Origin: the human T2T-CHM13v2.0 reference genome, Homo sapiens
Length of the DNA stretch: 64,000 nucleotides
NCBI RefSeq assembly: GCF_009914755.1
Contig: NC_060938.1
Strand: one strand, 5' to 3'
Under the pieces are notes generated by a model. That model ran no database searches, was not told the DNA's origin, and worked only from the letters and a program-made list of their open reading frames with translations. This document shows positions 31,286 through 45,541 of this stretch, one piece after another. The first letter of the stretch is position 1, and the number at the start of each line of letters is the position of its first letter. Position numbers and translations under genes: made by a program.

Positions 31286-32050
31286 TATTAATAACTAGCC
31301 TGGTCGTTTCCTTAGACATTTCTGTAGAACCTTGTACTTCCTTTTTATAACTCTCATTGCCTGTAATTACTTGTTCAATGTCTGTTTTTTCGGCTAGTCT
31401 AATCTTCATGATGGAAAAGACTGTATTTTTTAATACTGTGCGCCCCACACCTAGCAAACTGATGGACACAGATTAGATACTTAGAGGTATTAAATGAGTG
31501 ACATTTGGAAAGTTTTGTTATTTTTTGTTTTGTTTTGATATTAATAGCCTCTTGCTCAGGCATTCTGTTCAGTCTGCTCAGTATCTGGGGAAAATGGCAA
31601 AGTGAAAAAAATATATAAACTGAATACACATACATATATTCAGTGGCCTCACTTTATGGAAATTTAATTTTTTGTCATATATAACTATAAATATGTCTTC
31701 TATAGCAGGACTTATAAATTATATTTTTTGAAAGGTAATATATTCCCATGGTACAAAAGAAATTCCAAAACAGTCATCAGTGAAAAGACTCTTTTCTCCT
31801 CTTGTTCCTCAGTCATCCCATTTTCCTCCCCAGAGATGATCAGTGTTACTAGTTTTTTACATACCCTCTAGAGATATTCTTTGCATTTACTAGCAAATAA
31901 CGTGTGTATATGAACAGATGGGCGTATATAACATACATTGCCCTGCACTTTGTTTTTTTCATTTAACAGGCTATCTTCAAGATCATTCCATATCAGTTCA
32001 TTAATAATATTCTTGTTTTGTGTGTCTGCTTAATATTCCATTGTGTAGAT

Positions 32051-32370
32051 TAGATGTCTGCAAACTATATCCCTTGAGTGAAATTGGTCTTCTGCCAGTT
32101 TTTGTGTGTCCCACAAGCTAAGAACCATTTTTAAATGGTTGGAAAGAAATCAAAAGAAGAATAAAATTTTGTGGCATGTAGAAATCATATGAAATTCAGT
32201 GTTCATACATAAAATTTTATGTAAACAGCCACACCCCTTTGCTTACATATTGTTTATGGCTACTTTCAAGCTACAATTGCAGAGTTAGGTACTGCCACAG
32301 AAACTGCATGGCCTGCAAAGCCTAAAATATTTATTCTCTGGCTTTTTACAAAAATAGTTTGCCGACCCTT
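32051..32370 (+). mobile_element. MER58B-like hAT element inside an old L1ME fragment
   Basis: GCAAACTAT start ... GGCCTGCAAAGCCTAAAATATTTA...GTTTGCCGACCC end. Confidence 0.85.
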
Positions 32371-33709
32371 CATACAGATGCATTGTAGTGTATTTAATTA
32401 ATATTTTGCTGTTATAACACAGCATTGAAAATCTTATATATGCAATATTTTACACATGTGTGAGTAGAACTAGAGGATATAGTTCTAGAGGTAGAATTGC
32501 TCACAGAGTTTTAAATTCTGTGCGGCACATTAAATTTTTTCTAATTCTGTTAATTCTGCATCAAGGGAAAAGGCAGAGGAAGATGGGGGAGAGTGGACAA
32601 AAGATCTCTTTCTTTCCTCCTGCTGAAATGGTTTGTGGCATTGACAAAGTCAAGTTTGTGTGGGAGGCTTTGAAGAGACTGGCTCATGTCAGAGGGAGAG
32701 GAAAGAAAAGGAGACAAGTAGTTGCTGGCAAGTCATCTGGGAAAAGGAGCTGAGCCTAGAGAGCTCCTTCTGAAGACCTGCCTGGTATAGGCCCAAATGC
32801 AGGGTGGAGGGAAGTGTGCAAAACTTCAGGACTCCAGTATCTGAAAGTCTTGTTCTGATACTGGAGCCCTAGAAAAGGACTTGCCTCTTAATAGGTCCAA
32901 CCAGAAGAACAGAAACTATAGGGAACTTTCTTAGGTTTATGCTGTTGTATTCTAGATAAACTGGGACTGATATCTTGGCGCACAGCAACCTAGGCAATTT
33001 GGAAAAAGGAAGTCTTTGTGAGATCTGCTCAGAAACATTTGCATTTGCTTGATTTATTTCCCCACACTATTCCTTCCCTTTCTCTCTTCCTTCATTGAAG
33101 AAAAATACCAAAAACAAAAAATTCTCTCAATTTTTACCTTTCATCCCATCTCTGCTTTGAAACAGTACTGACTGCTGCCACCTGACGTATTTCATCAAAA
33201 GTGGAAGAGGCACAGCTGGGACCAGTGCTCTCTCTCCAGTCTGGGATGTGAGAATCAGCAGCACTGAGAGCTCTAGCCTGCTTCTCTCCCCTGACTTCTG
33301 ACACTCCCTAAGTGGAAGACAGAGCTGCTTTTCCTCAGACCACTTGCAAGCCTCTGGGAGGCTTAGTGTCAGTTGTCTGCTTTCTCTTTTCACGATCCAA
33401 AGGGATATAAAGTGTAAAGCTGAACCTGGGAAAGGAACAGGACAAATGGCACCTTTTAATCACTTGTAAATGATTGTCCTTCCTCTCCACTGGCACATTG
33501 CTTGATTTACAGTGAATTTTTTTTTATAAGCTCGAAATATTTAAGGAAAGTAGCTGTATTATAAGAACTAGATTTTGGCTTACATTGACACTGTTTGCCT
33601 AAGGTCCTTTAGTTAACAGATGTAAGCATTTCAAAGATTCATGATGATTCTTTGTGACAGTAATAGACTAACATCCAGATATTTGCCTTATTTTGTTTTC
33701 ATCTTTTCA

Positions 33710-34108
<399 letters not shown>

Positions 34109-34292
34109 CTATTTTTATTTTTAAGGCAAGTCCAAAAATACAGGTAATTTTAGTTACTGCCCAACACTTAGAAATTTGTAAGATTTTTGGGTTCCCTGAG
34201 TAGATAACCCTTTTTGAAAGTTGATATAATAAACTCAAGTTCATTCTTTTTCTTTGTTTCCTCTGTTTTTTATCTCCCAATATTTTGAGCAG

Positions 34293-34375
34293 ATTCATAT
34301 TCGAAGGACCGGGGACCTTGGATAGTAAAACCAGTGGCATCTTCAAGGGGGCGGGGCGTCTACCTGATCAACAAT
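34293..34375 (+). CDS. TTLL5: TTLL5 coding exon (probably exon 7), 83 nt
   Basis: ttgagcAG|AT ... AAT|GTaagt; encodes (N)[27 protein letters not shown], the ATP-grasp WIxKP...RGRG loop. Confidence 0.97.
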
Positions 34376-35256
34376 GTAAGTATGCAGCAGATGGCAAACC
34401 TCTCTCCTCACTTGTTCTTTCCTCCTTCACCCTTTGTATTGGTTACTAATATAGTTCCATTTCATTAAGAGCAGGTGTGCTCTTCTTAAATCTGCATTCA
34501 GAAGTGAGTTAAGCGTAGGTATAACTTGACTTGTTTGCCTTACTGGCAGGAATCTTCTGCACCAGCAGTTACTCCATGGCTAAAAAGACACTTGATCAGA
34601 TTTTAGGGGAGGGCAACCTGTTGTGTCAGCAGAAAAGAGGTACCTTTTCTGCTTTTAGCATATTGTGATGTTAATTCCTACACACCAAGTATTAATTGAT
34701 AGCGTATGTGTTTAGCATCTGTTGTGAGCAGAACTGTGGGTTCTGTTCTCAAGGTTATCAAACAAGTGAACCTTAATTTGGTATGGTATCCTCGCTACTG
34801 CTGCTGCTTCTCCTTTCTCCTCCTTCCTTCCTCTTTCCTTTCCTCTTTCTGCCCTTCTTCGTCTCATTTCTCCTCTTTTTTCAAAAGCCAGCAATATCTT
34901 GATTCTTTGCAAAATTCTCATTAAAAGTTGTCTTAAATTGAATACATACACATGGTAAATAAAATCCCTACTGGTCTCACTCCCTGGACTTACAATAGTA
35001 GTTAGTAACTTTTGTTGATTTATATTTCTTTCATTGACATTACATTGTATTTGTTAATTCCCAGTTTGGCATTTATTGCATTTACATCATGTCCCACCCT
35101 CCCTTGCACATTTGTTTGATTAGTTTTTATGTTTATGTTTTAAACAATAATAGAATCTCTTCAGTAACTATGATTCAGTTTCTTTATTTTATCTATAAGT
35201 TGAGTAAAACATTTAAACTCAGTGGAAACCAACTCTTGGACTCCTAAAGGGGGAAA

Positions 35257-35955
35257 TATTAGGATAGGTAGCTGGGCAGACATGAGCCGGGCATGAGAGG
35301 GCCCCCGCTACCACCAAGGAGTGTCAGGTGATCATCAGGTGATGGTCAGGCAGTTGTTAAACTGGTCTCTCTAAAATAATAATTGGTAGCAGCAGATGCC
35401 AGGGAAAGGCAGGCACCTGAAGCTGGTGATCAGCCATTTCCCAGTAAGATCTCAGGAGTTGGGCGAGTAGGCTCAAGCATGTGCCCTAAGAAGCAAAATG
35501 ATGGAGTTTAACTGGTATATGACCTTCCTCTAGGAACACTCGACTGGTAAGGCAAAAACACTTCAAATGAGCACGTGCACAGCTGCAGCCAACACACTGT
35601 GTATGAGGCCCCTCTCAAGTGCTGGCAGGCCACTGCACATGCAGACAGCTTACCCCATGGAAAAATCAAGGGAGGAGAGATGCAAAACCCCGGAAGCATG
35701 CCAACATATAAAACCCCAAGTCTAAGGTGAAACAGGCACTTGGGTCTCTCAAGTTGTCGGCTTGGCCCTCTTCCACGTGTACTTTACTTCCTTTCATTTC
35801 TGCTCTAAAACTTTTCAATAAATGTTCACTCCTGCTCTAAAACTTGCCTTGGTCTCTCACTCTGCCTTATGCCCTCAGACAAATTCTTTCCTGCAAGGAG
35901 GCAATAAGTGAGTTGCTGCAGACCCACCCATATGGATTTGCTGCTGCCGCTGACA
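35257..35955 (+). mobile_element. MER50-family (ERV1) solo LTR
   Basis: TAGGTAGCTGGGCAGACATGAGC...CATCAGGTGATGGTCAGGC; TATAAAA at 35707; AATAAA at 35817; ends TGACA. Confidence 0.85.
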
Positions 35956-38900
35956 GACTTTGGGATTCTGAAATTTAACCAGGATTTAGGCCTGGACCAG
36001 TTTTTTATTCTTCCTCCTGGATATTTGGCAGGCATTTTCAGTCTGGAAACTGGTGTTTTTCTTTAAGGAAAGTTATCTTCTTATTTGTCTCCGCTTTTAG
36101 AACTCTTTTTTGAGGCATTCTAGATCTTTCCTTCATGTTAACTTTTCTCGCATTTTTAATTCTTTTCCCATCTTCTAGATCACAGGTTGAGGTTTATCCA
36201 TTTATTATTCATTTATCTACTGTATTTTTATATTGGGTATCATAGGTTGATTTCCAGAAACTCATATTCTGATTTGCTTTATTTTTATTTACAAATAACA
36301 ACCTTTTGTTGCATAATGGATGCAGTTTGCCTGCCTTTCCTTCTGAGGATACCAATGGAAATTTTTGTAAAGTTCTCTTCTGTCCTTTAATTTTATTGGG
36401 ATTGTCTTTTCCCCTGCTATTGGATTTTCTCAGCTTTGATGATCCTTACATGTTGGACCATATTTATGAACAAAAGACTAGACTGAATGAAACTGGCCGC
36501 TGGTCTGGGTTTCTACTGTGGTTGTGTAGGACTCTTTTCCTAATATCTTCTCCCTGGAAGAGGCTGACTGTGAATTTTGTGTAAGGGCAAAACATGTTGA
36601 CTCTCAGGCTTTACTTTAGGTGGACATGGTGAGAAGCACTCCCCTTCCACCTTGCCAAAATAAAGTGGGCCATATTGTGAATGCAGAGGAGGATTTTGGT
36701 GATCTCCCTCTTGGGCAGAGCTACCTTTCTTTTCCTTTTTGTGTGTACTGGGGATAAGGTAGCCTCAAGTTCTACTCTTCTCTATCAGATTTCTGCACCC
36801 ACACGTCTCCTGGCCTCACTGTTCCAAATGCTGTTTGTTAATTATCTGATTCTAATTCCTTGGCTGATCCCTGAGCTTCATGTTTGTTGAGTACAAGCTT
36901 GGAAATTTGCAGGAGCCTCCTTGGGAAGGTCACTCTTATCTCTTTTGGACTTTTCTGGCTTCTTTTACTTTTTCCTAGCTTTGATATCATTTCATTCTTT
37001 TGAAAATATTCTTTCTGTCCTTCCACTGGAACTCTGGAAGGGCAGGGGTAGGTAGATGTGTTGTATGTGGGACCAGAACCCTATCTTAAATTCCCCACTT
37101 GTCTTTTCACATTGAGCTGTTTGCCATATGTGTAGAAACTAACTTTCTGAGGGATCTTTCACATTGGAAAGTCCTTAAATTCAGTCTGGACTCAAAACAG
37201 TACCGTAAACAATGATGGCCAGACCCTTCATGCCAAAGAAATATAGGATCTGGTTTTGATAGAGCAACTGCTACAGCCCCAGGCATTGGCTGCAACTTCT
37301 GTTACCTGGCCTAGGCCACTCTGGAGGCCTTTTACCCTGAGTCTCCTGTGACATAAGGCCATGGTCATATGCCTTGGCTCTGTCTCCTCTTGTCTCTGCT
37401 CTGACGTTGGTGTTGAAGGCCCCTCTCCAACAGCTTTTCCTTCAGCTCTGTGCCAGGAGCTCCAGTGTTGTTTGAATCTCATAGACGGCACTAGTTTGGG
37501 TTTAGGTTTTAGCTGCCAAATGGAATTGCTATTGAAAGTCAGCTATGGTACAAGTTTGCTTTTTATTTTCTTAGATATGAGTCAAAAAGAATAGGATCTA
37601 TTCCCAGCTCATCTGGGACTTTTTTCTTTTGGAATGCTTTTTTGCCCTAGTGATTTGTTATTTTAAAGCTAGCATCATAAAGGATAGAAAAGTTAAACTT
37701 TCCTTGGTGGAGCCGAGAACCCTGCGCCCTAACTCTTCCCTGGATGCCGAATCTCAGTGGGGTGACATGTCTTAGAGAATGTGTTTGGCAGGCTATGTAA
37801 GAGTCTTTTTCTCCCTCCCACCTCTCCCTGGGCTGAATCCTTTGAGACCCCCTGCATAGATCAAAGTACTTGGCAGGACCTTTTGCCTTCCCCCTCCCTC
37901 TTTGTGAAGCTTTGGAATGAGTCTGATTCTTTTAGGTATTTAGTGGAAGTGCCAGACAGAAGCCTGGGAGGATGCCAGGAGGCATGAGGGGAGCTGGCAA
38001 CATGCGGACATAATGGGAAAATACTCCTGTTTTACCCCAAAACTGGAATTTTACCACCTTTTACCCAGACCTGCAAACCATGTTGTTAATACTCTTCTCT
38101 CTCCTTACACAAAAGGCATAACCATCCCCTCTTTTCCATGCCTGGATCCTTTCCCATGGAATATGTGACCCATTAGCCAACTGGATGAAGTAACTCTTTC
38201 CAAGGCTGCTGCCTGCTTTCCTTTTAGATTTAAGCAGGAGGGTGAGGAGAGGGAATGCTGAGGCAGAGGGTCTGGGAGCAGAACTAATGTGAGTGAGTGA
38301 GGGATTTAGGCAGTGGGGATGGAGTTGGTGTGAGGGCCAAATGAAAATATCTTCCCCTCTCTTCCCACTGGAGTGAGAGGGCCACTTACTAAAACTTCCC
38401 TATAGTAGTCATAACCTTTTGGAAACTCTCTGCAAATAGCAACTTTTACCATTACGAGAACGAGATAAAGGATAGCAAAAGCATCACTTTTATGTAACAC
38501 TGAAAAGAGAAGTGTGGACCACAGATGGAAACATCTCGGTTGGCTAACGTGGTCTCATAAGGATGTGCTCTTTAGAAATACAGCATAAAGGAACAAAGCT
38601 GTGTTTGCTCCACTCCTTCAGTAACCATGACTAAATGCCATATTTTCCCAATTTAGTATATTCAAAGCAAGGAGGGGAAAGAATGGGTGTTTTCTGATTA
38701 AGGTATGAATTTGATTATGGAAGTCAAGTTTACTCATTCTTGTCTCACACATGATCCATGGGAAATACAGTATTGATACATTCTCTGAGACTTTCACATG
38801 TTAGGAGAGTGTTAGGTCACTCTAGTCCCTCCTATATTCGTGAATATAATTCTGTACTCTCTTGTTTCTGTTTGTTTATGTGTTTTTATCTTAGGTTCCC

Positions 38901-39361
38901 TTTGTTTTTCTCATTGCTCAACAAGTATTTCAGGAGTGCCTACTGTGTTGTCACTCCTTAAAAGCTTTTGAGAAATTCTCCTAATTATTATGTATCTCCA
39001 ATTTTCATAATAGTACCACTCAGTACTCTGAGTAGAATGGCATGCAGCAGGTAGTGATGAATGCTGTTGAGCTGTGGGACTTTGTAATTAGAACCACATA
39101 TATTCTGTTAAGTTTGCAGTAATAATAACTAATGTTTATTGAGCCTACCACTGTCCTTTCTAAACATAATCTCACTTAATCCATATATGAACCCTATGAG
39201 GTAGTTATTATTTCCTTAATAAGTGGTAGAGTCAAGGTTGTAACTCAGGTCCAGATGATTCCAGCATAGACACTCTTAACCACTATATCATTCTCCTTTA
39301 CAATGACTTAACAGATACCATGAGCTTTAACCTTAAGGTCCATTTAGAAAGATACCTTTCC

Positions 39362-39652
39362 AGCCAGGCGCAGTGGCTCATGCCTGTAATCCCAGCACTT
39401 TGGGAGGCTGAGGCGGGCATATCACTTGAGGCCAGGAGTTTGAGACCAGCCTGGGCAACATGGTGAAACCCCATCTCTACTAAAAATACAAAAATTAGCT
39501 GGGTATGGTGGTACGTGTCTGTAATCCCAACTACTGGGGAGGCTGAGGCAGGGCAGTTGCTTGAACCTAGGAAGTGGAGGTTGCAGTGAGCTGAAATAAC
39601 ACCATTGGACTCCAGCCTGGGCGAAGAAATGAGATGCTGTCTTAGAAAAGAA
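39362..39652 (+). mobile_element. Alu (S/Jb)
   Basis: Sense dimer; TSD-like AAAGAT...TTTCCA. Confidence 0.9.
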
Positions 39653-40589
39653 AGATGTGTTTCCAACTTTCCCAACAATTCAGATTCCTACTTCAGCATT
39701 CTTTGGGAGGCAGTTTGAGCTTTGAATTGGAATAATTTGAAATGAGTTAACTGGGGATTGATGAAAGGAAACAGGCTTGAAGATATCAAAAAGTTTTTCT
39801 TAGTTGCTCTTCAGTCTGTAACGCTGTGCAAAGAAACTATATCCAAACCTTTCTTTTCTTCTGGGAGTCTACAGTTTAATTCCCAATGCGGATAGAAGTG
39901 AGGGATAAAGACAATAGAACACATAGTAAAGTTACCTAAATATTGTAAGGGTTTATGTTACGTGTAACTCAAAGGATAAATGTGTATGGTGAGCAAGGGA
40001 GGAGAGGAAATGGGCATGGGCGTTAGATGTGTCATGGAATGATGACCACTATCAGCATATTCTCTGCTGTGGAGAAAAGTTGGGTGAGTAGATATTTATT
40101 GTAGCCTATAGGTTCTACTCAGTAGGAAGAGAGCTGTGATTGTTTGATTTTACGTTTACAACATAGCCTGCAGCTGTATAGTGATTGCATCAATTCTCAT
40201 TGAGCAGATTCAAAATGGAGATAGTACTTACGAGAAGCTGATCAAGAAATGTAAGGGAGTCAGGAAATGGTATGGATGATGAAGTTCATTAGGGATGAAT
40301 CAGTAATGATGTCATTGTGTTCCTATGATGCGTAGAGATGGGTTGTGAAAGCTGTGTTCTGACTTTGAGATAGCAGCAGTGGGAACTGAGAGAGGACTCT
40401 CATTCTGACTTCAGAGCTGCTCATACTGGTTGTGTATAATGTTATAGGTCACAAAATTATCATATGAAAAACAGTAGTAGTATTGAGGGTAGGAAATGCA
40501 TTGTTATAAAGACAAACTTTTGAATTTGGGGGACAATTAAATTTGAGAGCAGAATATTGGGAAGAGGTAAGAATAAAGCCTAAAAGCGA

Positions 40590-40810
40590 AGCCTGTGAGG
40601 AAGACTCCCTGGATTCCGTTGCTGCTCTATTGCTTATTAGCTCCGTGACTTTGAGCAGGTCCCTAACCCACTCTGATTCTTTTTTAATCTATAAAATGTG
40701 GATGGTGATATACCTGCCTCATGGGGTTGGGTGAGGATTAAATGAAATAATCCTGTGAACAGACTTAGAACAGCACTTGGCACATCCACGTGTTTAGTAC
40801 ATTTGTTAAA
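40590..40810 (+). mobile_element. MIR
   Basis: GTGACTTTGAGCAGGT...CTATAAAATG...GTGAGGATTAAATGA. Confidence 0.75.
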
Positions 40811-42122
40811 TTTTGTGTCTGCAAATGTTGATGGTTATTTCTGTTGCCTTTACTGTAGCTATTATCAACCTAATTATTATCACTACCACTTCCCTTTTGG
40901 AGCCCTTTTGTCCTACATGGATTGTGGTGACTTCCAGCTTTATCTAATCACATGTGAAGGTTTTTTTTTTTCTCCCAGATATTTTAATCTTGCTGTTTCC
41001 TTAATCTAGAATCCACAATAATTTCCTGCTTCCCACCATGCTAAATATAAACTCCCTTTGCCAGGGGTTCAAATCCCTTTGTCAGTAGGGTACCTCCCTC
41101 CTCATTGTTTAACCATGTCTTTCATAATTTCCCAGTTCAGTCTTTTAGCCCCAGGTCTGTGAATCGGCCCACCCTCCTTTCTACTGGGCTTGGTGCGTGC
41201 CATCTTCCGATGATGGGCTCCTTTCTTCTCCACCATGTGCTTCCCAGCCTTCACTCATTTCTGCATCTACTCTTCTGGGACAAGTCTTCCCTGACTGGTC
41301 CCACCTGATTGGTCTGCACTTTAACTTTGTAACCTGGCATCTTGTATTTATAGAAATGCTGCTTTGTGTTCTTTTAAATTCTATATTTTGCTGTTCCTCT
41401 ACCTAAATATTAAACTTTTCAGGGATAGGGATTTACTGAATCTTAAATCTGCCAGGCAGAGATTATATGTGTTATGTTCATCATGGTATCCCCAGTGCCA
41501 TATGCAGTGTCCACAGTACTTTTCTATTTATTGTATAAACAACTGTTTTTCATTGAAGAAATCTTTTAAAGACCTTATTCACTCTTTGCATACAGTTGCT
41601 TAGCAAATACCCTTAAGTGAATCAATTAAACACCTATCTCATTTTACAGAGAAAATGCTAGGATCCATTGTGGATCTGTAAGTTCTCCAAACATGTTAAT
41701 GAAAGCCTTCATTTAAGAATAGTAGTAGTATTTTTAAATTTCCATTATACTTCAGGGAGAAAGCAAGTTTTCATTTATTTTTAAAGTGGCTCTTATTTTC
41801 TTGGCAGGTAACTATTTAATATCATGTATATACATCTTTAAGGCTATTAGGCTTATTTATTTATTTATTTATTTATTTATTATTTATTATGTGAGAGGTA
41901 CTGTGTAAATTTATTTTTCCTGCATCGTAATTGGATGCCTATAGTGTTATAGAAGTGATATTATATGGCCAACTGAATATATGGGTACCTTGGAGGAAAC
42001 TTTAACCAGAATTTTAGTTTTCCACCTTACCATTTCTTTAAAGGTTAAGAACTTTGCTCCCTTATTGTAAATTAGGATTCCTGTGTATTTCTATTCTTTC
42101 ATTCTTTCTCTTTACTCAATAG

Positions 42123-42192
42123 CCAAACCAGATCTCCCTGGAAGAGAACATTTTGGTCTCCCGTTACATTAACAACCCCCTGCTCATAGATG
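42123..42192 (+). CDS. TTLL5: TTLL5 coding exon (probably exon 8), 70 nt
   Basis: ctcaatAG|CCA ... GATG|GTgagt; encodes PNQISLEENILVSRYINNPLLID(D). Confidence 0.97.
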
Positions 42193-42693
42193 GTGAGTTG
42201 TGATTAGGCCCTTGACCAAATTGGGCCAGATTTTTGCTCAACTTTTTAAGCTTTTCATAGCCTTCTCTAGTAAGTCTTTATTATACTGTTGTGAAATTCT
42301 TGACATGTGTGGCTCCAGAAAGGCAGCAGGTTCCTTACCTATCTCACGGGATTTATCTGAAGGTGAAATGAGACAATATAAGAGAAAGTGCTTTATAGGT
42401 TATATAGTAGTATATGTATGAAAATTGTGCAGTAATTAATATATATGAAAATGACACACATATGCATTATATATACATTACAGTTATATTAATGTATATA
42501 TACATTATACGGTTTTTATTATGTACTATATACATAATATGTATACGGTACAATTATATAGTATAATTATTAGTTATCCTCCGAAGTCAAGGTGTGTGAG
42601 CAGTGTGTGTTTCATGTGGAGTGTAGGAATGTTCTTTCTTTCATGTTTCTTGGTTTCGTTGTTTATTCTGTAACAGGAAACAAATGAACTTAG

Positions 42694-42813
<120 letters not shown>

Positions 42814-43467
42814 TAAGAAGCTGTTTGGGGGTGAAGGGGTTGGGTGGGTATATTAAGGGTGGGTATATTAAGAGTGGATCCATTAACAAGTTTATTAAAT
42901 CAGATCATGCTATTTTTACTTGTCATTACTGCTTACAGATGCAATCCACCTCCTCAACTGCTGTGCTCTATAACATCAAAGCCAGTATGCCTAAAAAGAA
43001 CTTCAGAAATTAGGCTTATTTGTCTGTAGTCTCACTGCATGTCCACACATAAGGTGTGTAAACATCTTCCCCAGCACTGATCCAGGATCATATGGTATTT
43101 TCCTGCAGTGACAATTGTTATGAAGCTCCTAGGATATTAAGATAATTTGCTGTTATTCTTCAGGATAGATGTAGAAAGAAAAATAAAATCCTACCTGTAT
43201 TTGCCTATTATATGCCAGGCATTTATTTTCATCCTCGCAACAACCTTTTAGTTGATGCATTTTTGCAGTTGAGGAAACAGATTTAGAGGTGGGAGAAGTG
43301 GAATGGGGATTTGACCTCATGGATCTGACTCCAGAGCTCAGGGCTCAGACAATTTCATGCCCTCTCATATTTGGAAGGTATTAATTGAGGGTTTTTTTTT
43401 TTTTCCTTAACATGCAAGTTACTTTACAGTGGTTGTACATACATTGTTCTCTTTTTGTTAAGGTGCT

Positions 43468-43729
43468 TTTTTTTGTTTGTTTTTGAGATGGCGTGATCTC
43501 GGCTCACTGCAAGCTCTGCCTCCAGGTTCACGCCATTCTCCTGCCTCAGCCTCCTGAGTAGCTGGGACAACAGGTGCCCCCCACCATGCCTGGCTAATGT
43601 TTTGTATTTTTAGTAGAGACGAGGTTTCACTGTGTTAGCCAGGATGGTCTCGATCTCCTGACCTCGTGATCCGCCTGCCTCAGCCTCCCAAAGTGCTGGG
43701 ATTACAGGTGTGAGCCACCACACCTGGCC
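43468..43729 (-). mobile_element. AluY with an internal deletion
   Basis: AluY diagnostics CAAGCTC, CACGCCATTCTCC, TTAGCCAGGATGGTCTCGATC; TSD TGTT(A/G)AGGTGCTTT. Confidence 0.9.
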
Positions 43730-43978
43730 TGTTGAGGTGCTTTCTAAGTTTTAAGGTAATGTGACTTACAAGATTAAGTTCAAGTTGTTATATTTTGAAG
43801 TTTTGTTTCCTCTAGCCACAGAATTTTACAGGTAATTGTTTTTGTAAACCCTTTAAATTGTTTAAAATAAGTATGTAACTACTATGCTGTGTTCTTCCCC
43901 CCAACAAAACTAAATTTTTGTATTAGCCAACTAGTTTGCCCTGAAGTTCTTTTTATGCGTAGTGCCTTTGATATAGAG

Positions 43979-44190
43979 CAGGGGTGTCCAATCTTTTGGC
44001 TTCCCTGGGCCACATTGGAAGAAGAATTGTCTTGGGCCATACCTAAAATACACTAACAATAGCTGATGAGCTTAAAAAAAATTGCAAAAAACTCATAATA
44101 TTTTGAGAAACTTTATAAATTTGTGTTGGGCCACATTCAAAGCTGTCCTGGGCTGTATGCAGCCTGTGGGCCTCAGGTTGGACAAGCTTG
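43979..44190 (+). mobile_element. MER30 hAT MITE
   Basis: CAGGGGTGTCCAATCTTTTGGCTTCCCTGGGCCACATTGGAAGAAG ... GGTTGGACAAGCTTG. Confidence 0.9.
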
Positions 44191-44497
44191 TTATAAAGCA
44201 TAGCAGTTTAGGAGGTGATTTGCATCTGTGAGTGGTCACGACAAGCTAAAAAAGCCTGGTCTGTGTATGTTTCTGTATTTTAGAAAATGCAATTGGAAGA
44301 TGGGAAATACCATGGATAAAAGAAGGCTACCTATTTATGTACAGGTGCTTTGACAGATATTATTGTACTCTGACAACTATTATTTTAGAATGGTCTTTTA
44401 ATGATTTTAGAGACTTAGTTTTTTTCACATGTATCCTATGACTTGAAATCAGTGAGAGCAGACTAACCAAACCTCGCTGGTGGAGCTCTGTGTTCCG

Positions 44498-44517
44498 TTC
44501 GCCTCTAGGTGGCAGTC
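44498..44517 (+). promoter_or_regulatory. Candidate CTCF site
   Basis: CCTCTAGGTGGCAG (44502-44515) fits the CTCF core CCWSYAGRKGGCRS; motif evidence only. Confidence 0.55.
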
Positions 44518-44795
44518 ACAGCATTTATAAGTCCTGTCATATTCTTAACTGAGATTTTGAGTTTGAGCCCTGGGAACATTGGAGACTACCAAAACTCCCT
44601 AGTTCTGGCCTCTTCCTTGAAAATTGAGAAAGGGAAGAACTGAAACATCTCGCAGTTATTAGATAAAGGGCTGGACCAGGCATCTGAACATGAGCTGACT
44701 ACTAGCTCTAATCAGGTTTTTATAGGAAAGAAATTGTCGATAATATTTGTAGACACACGTGCTCTCACGTTTTGAAGTATCACTATACAAAATTA

Positions 44796-44981
<186 letters not shown>

Positions 44982-45501
44982 CTATATTATTTAAAACAAA
45001 ATGATGGTAAAATACAGTCCTGACTTCTCAGATATGCAAGGTTCTGAGGATTTTCAGCTTTATAATTTGAGACTTCTGAGCTTTCTCTCTTTTGTGTTAT
45101 GAGTTTCATCATTCTCCTTCCTCTGCTCATCCTCACCTTCACTTCTCTCCTGTGTCAAGTTTTAGAAACTGATTATGTCCTGCCAAAAATTGGACTTTGG
45201 GAATAGAGAAAAGAGATGGAGGTTGTGCTTCACTGTTTCTCAAGGACATCATAGCAATATGTTTTGCTTAATATTCCAAAGATATTTTCACCTACAATAT
45301 TAACAGCCCTCTCTATGGGTAAAATTTGGCATAATTTTAAGACCTTTCTGGTTCAGAGCACAACATGAGAACAACAGTACCAATGTTTATTATAGAATTT
45401 ACTACAAATATGCAAGTGCTTTGGCTACTGGTTGTGTGTTGGAAGTCAGAATCTACTGAATTAAGTATAACCCTTTTGCTTCCAGCAGAAACAAAAAAAT
45501 T

Positions 45502-45504
<3 letters not shown>

Positions 45505-45538
<34 letters not shown>
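45505..45538. repeat. (AC)17 microsatellite
   Basis: Perfect dinucleotide run. Confidence 0.97.

Positions 45539-45541
<3 letters not shown>

Noticed and set aside
42400-42570. TA-rich stretch in intron 8
   Set aside because: An ordinary degenerate (TA)n low-complexity tract.
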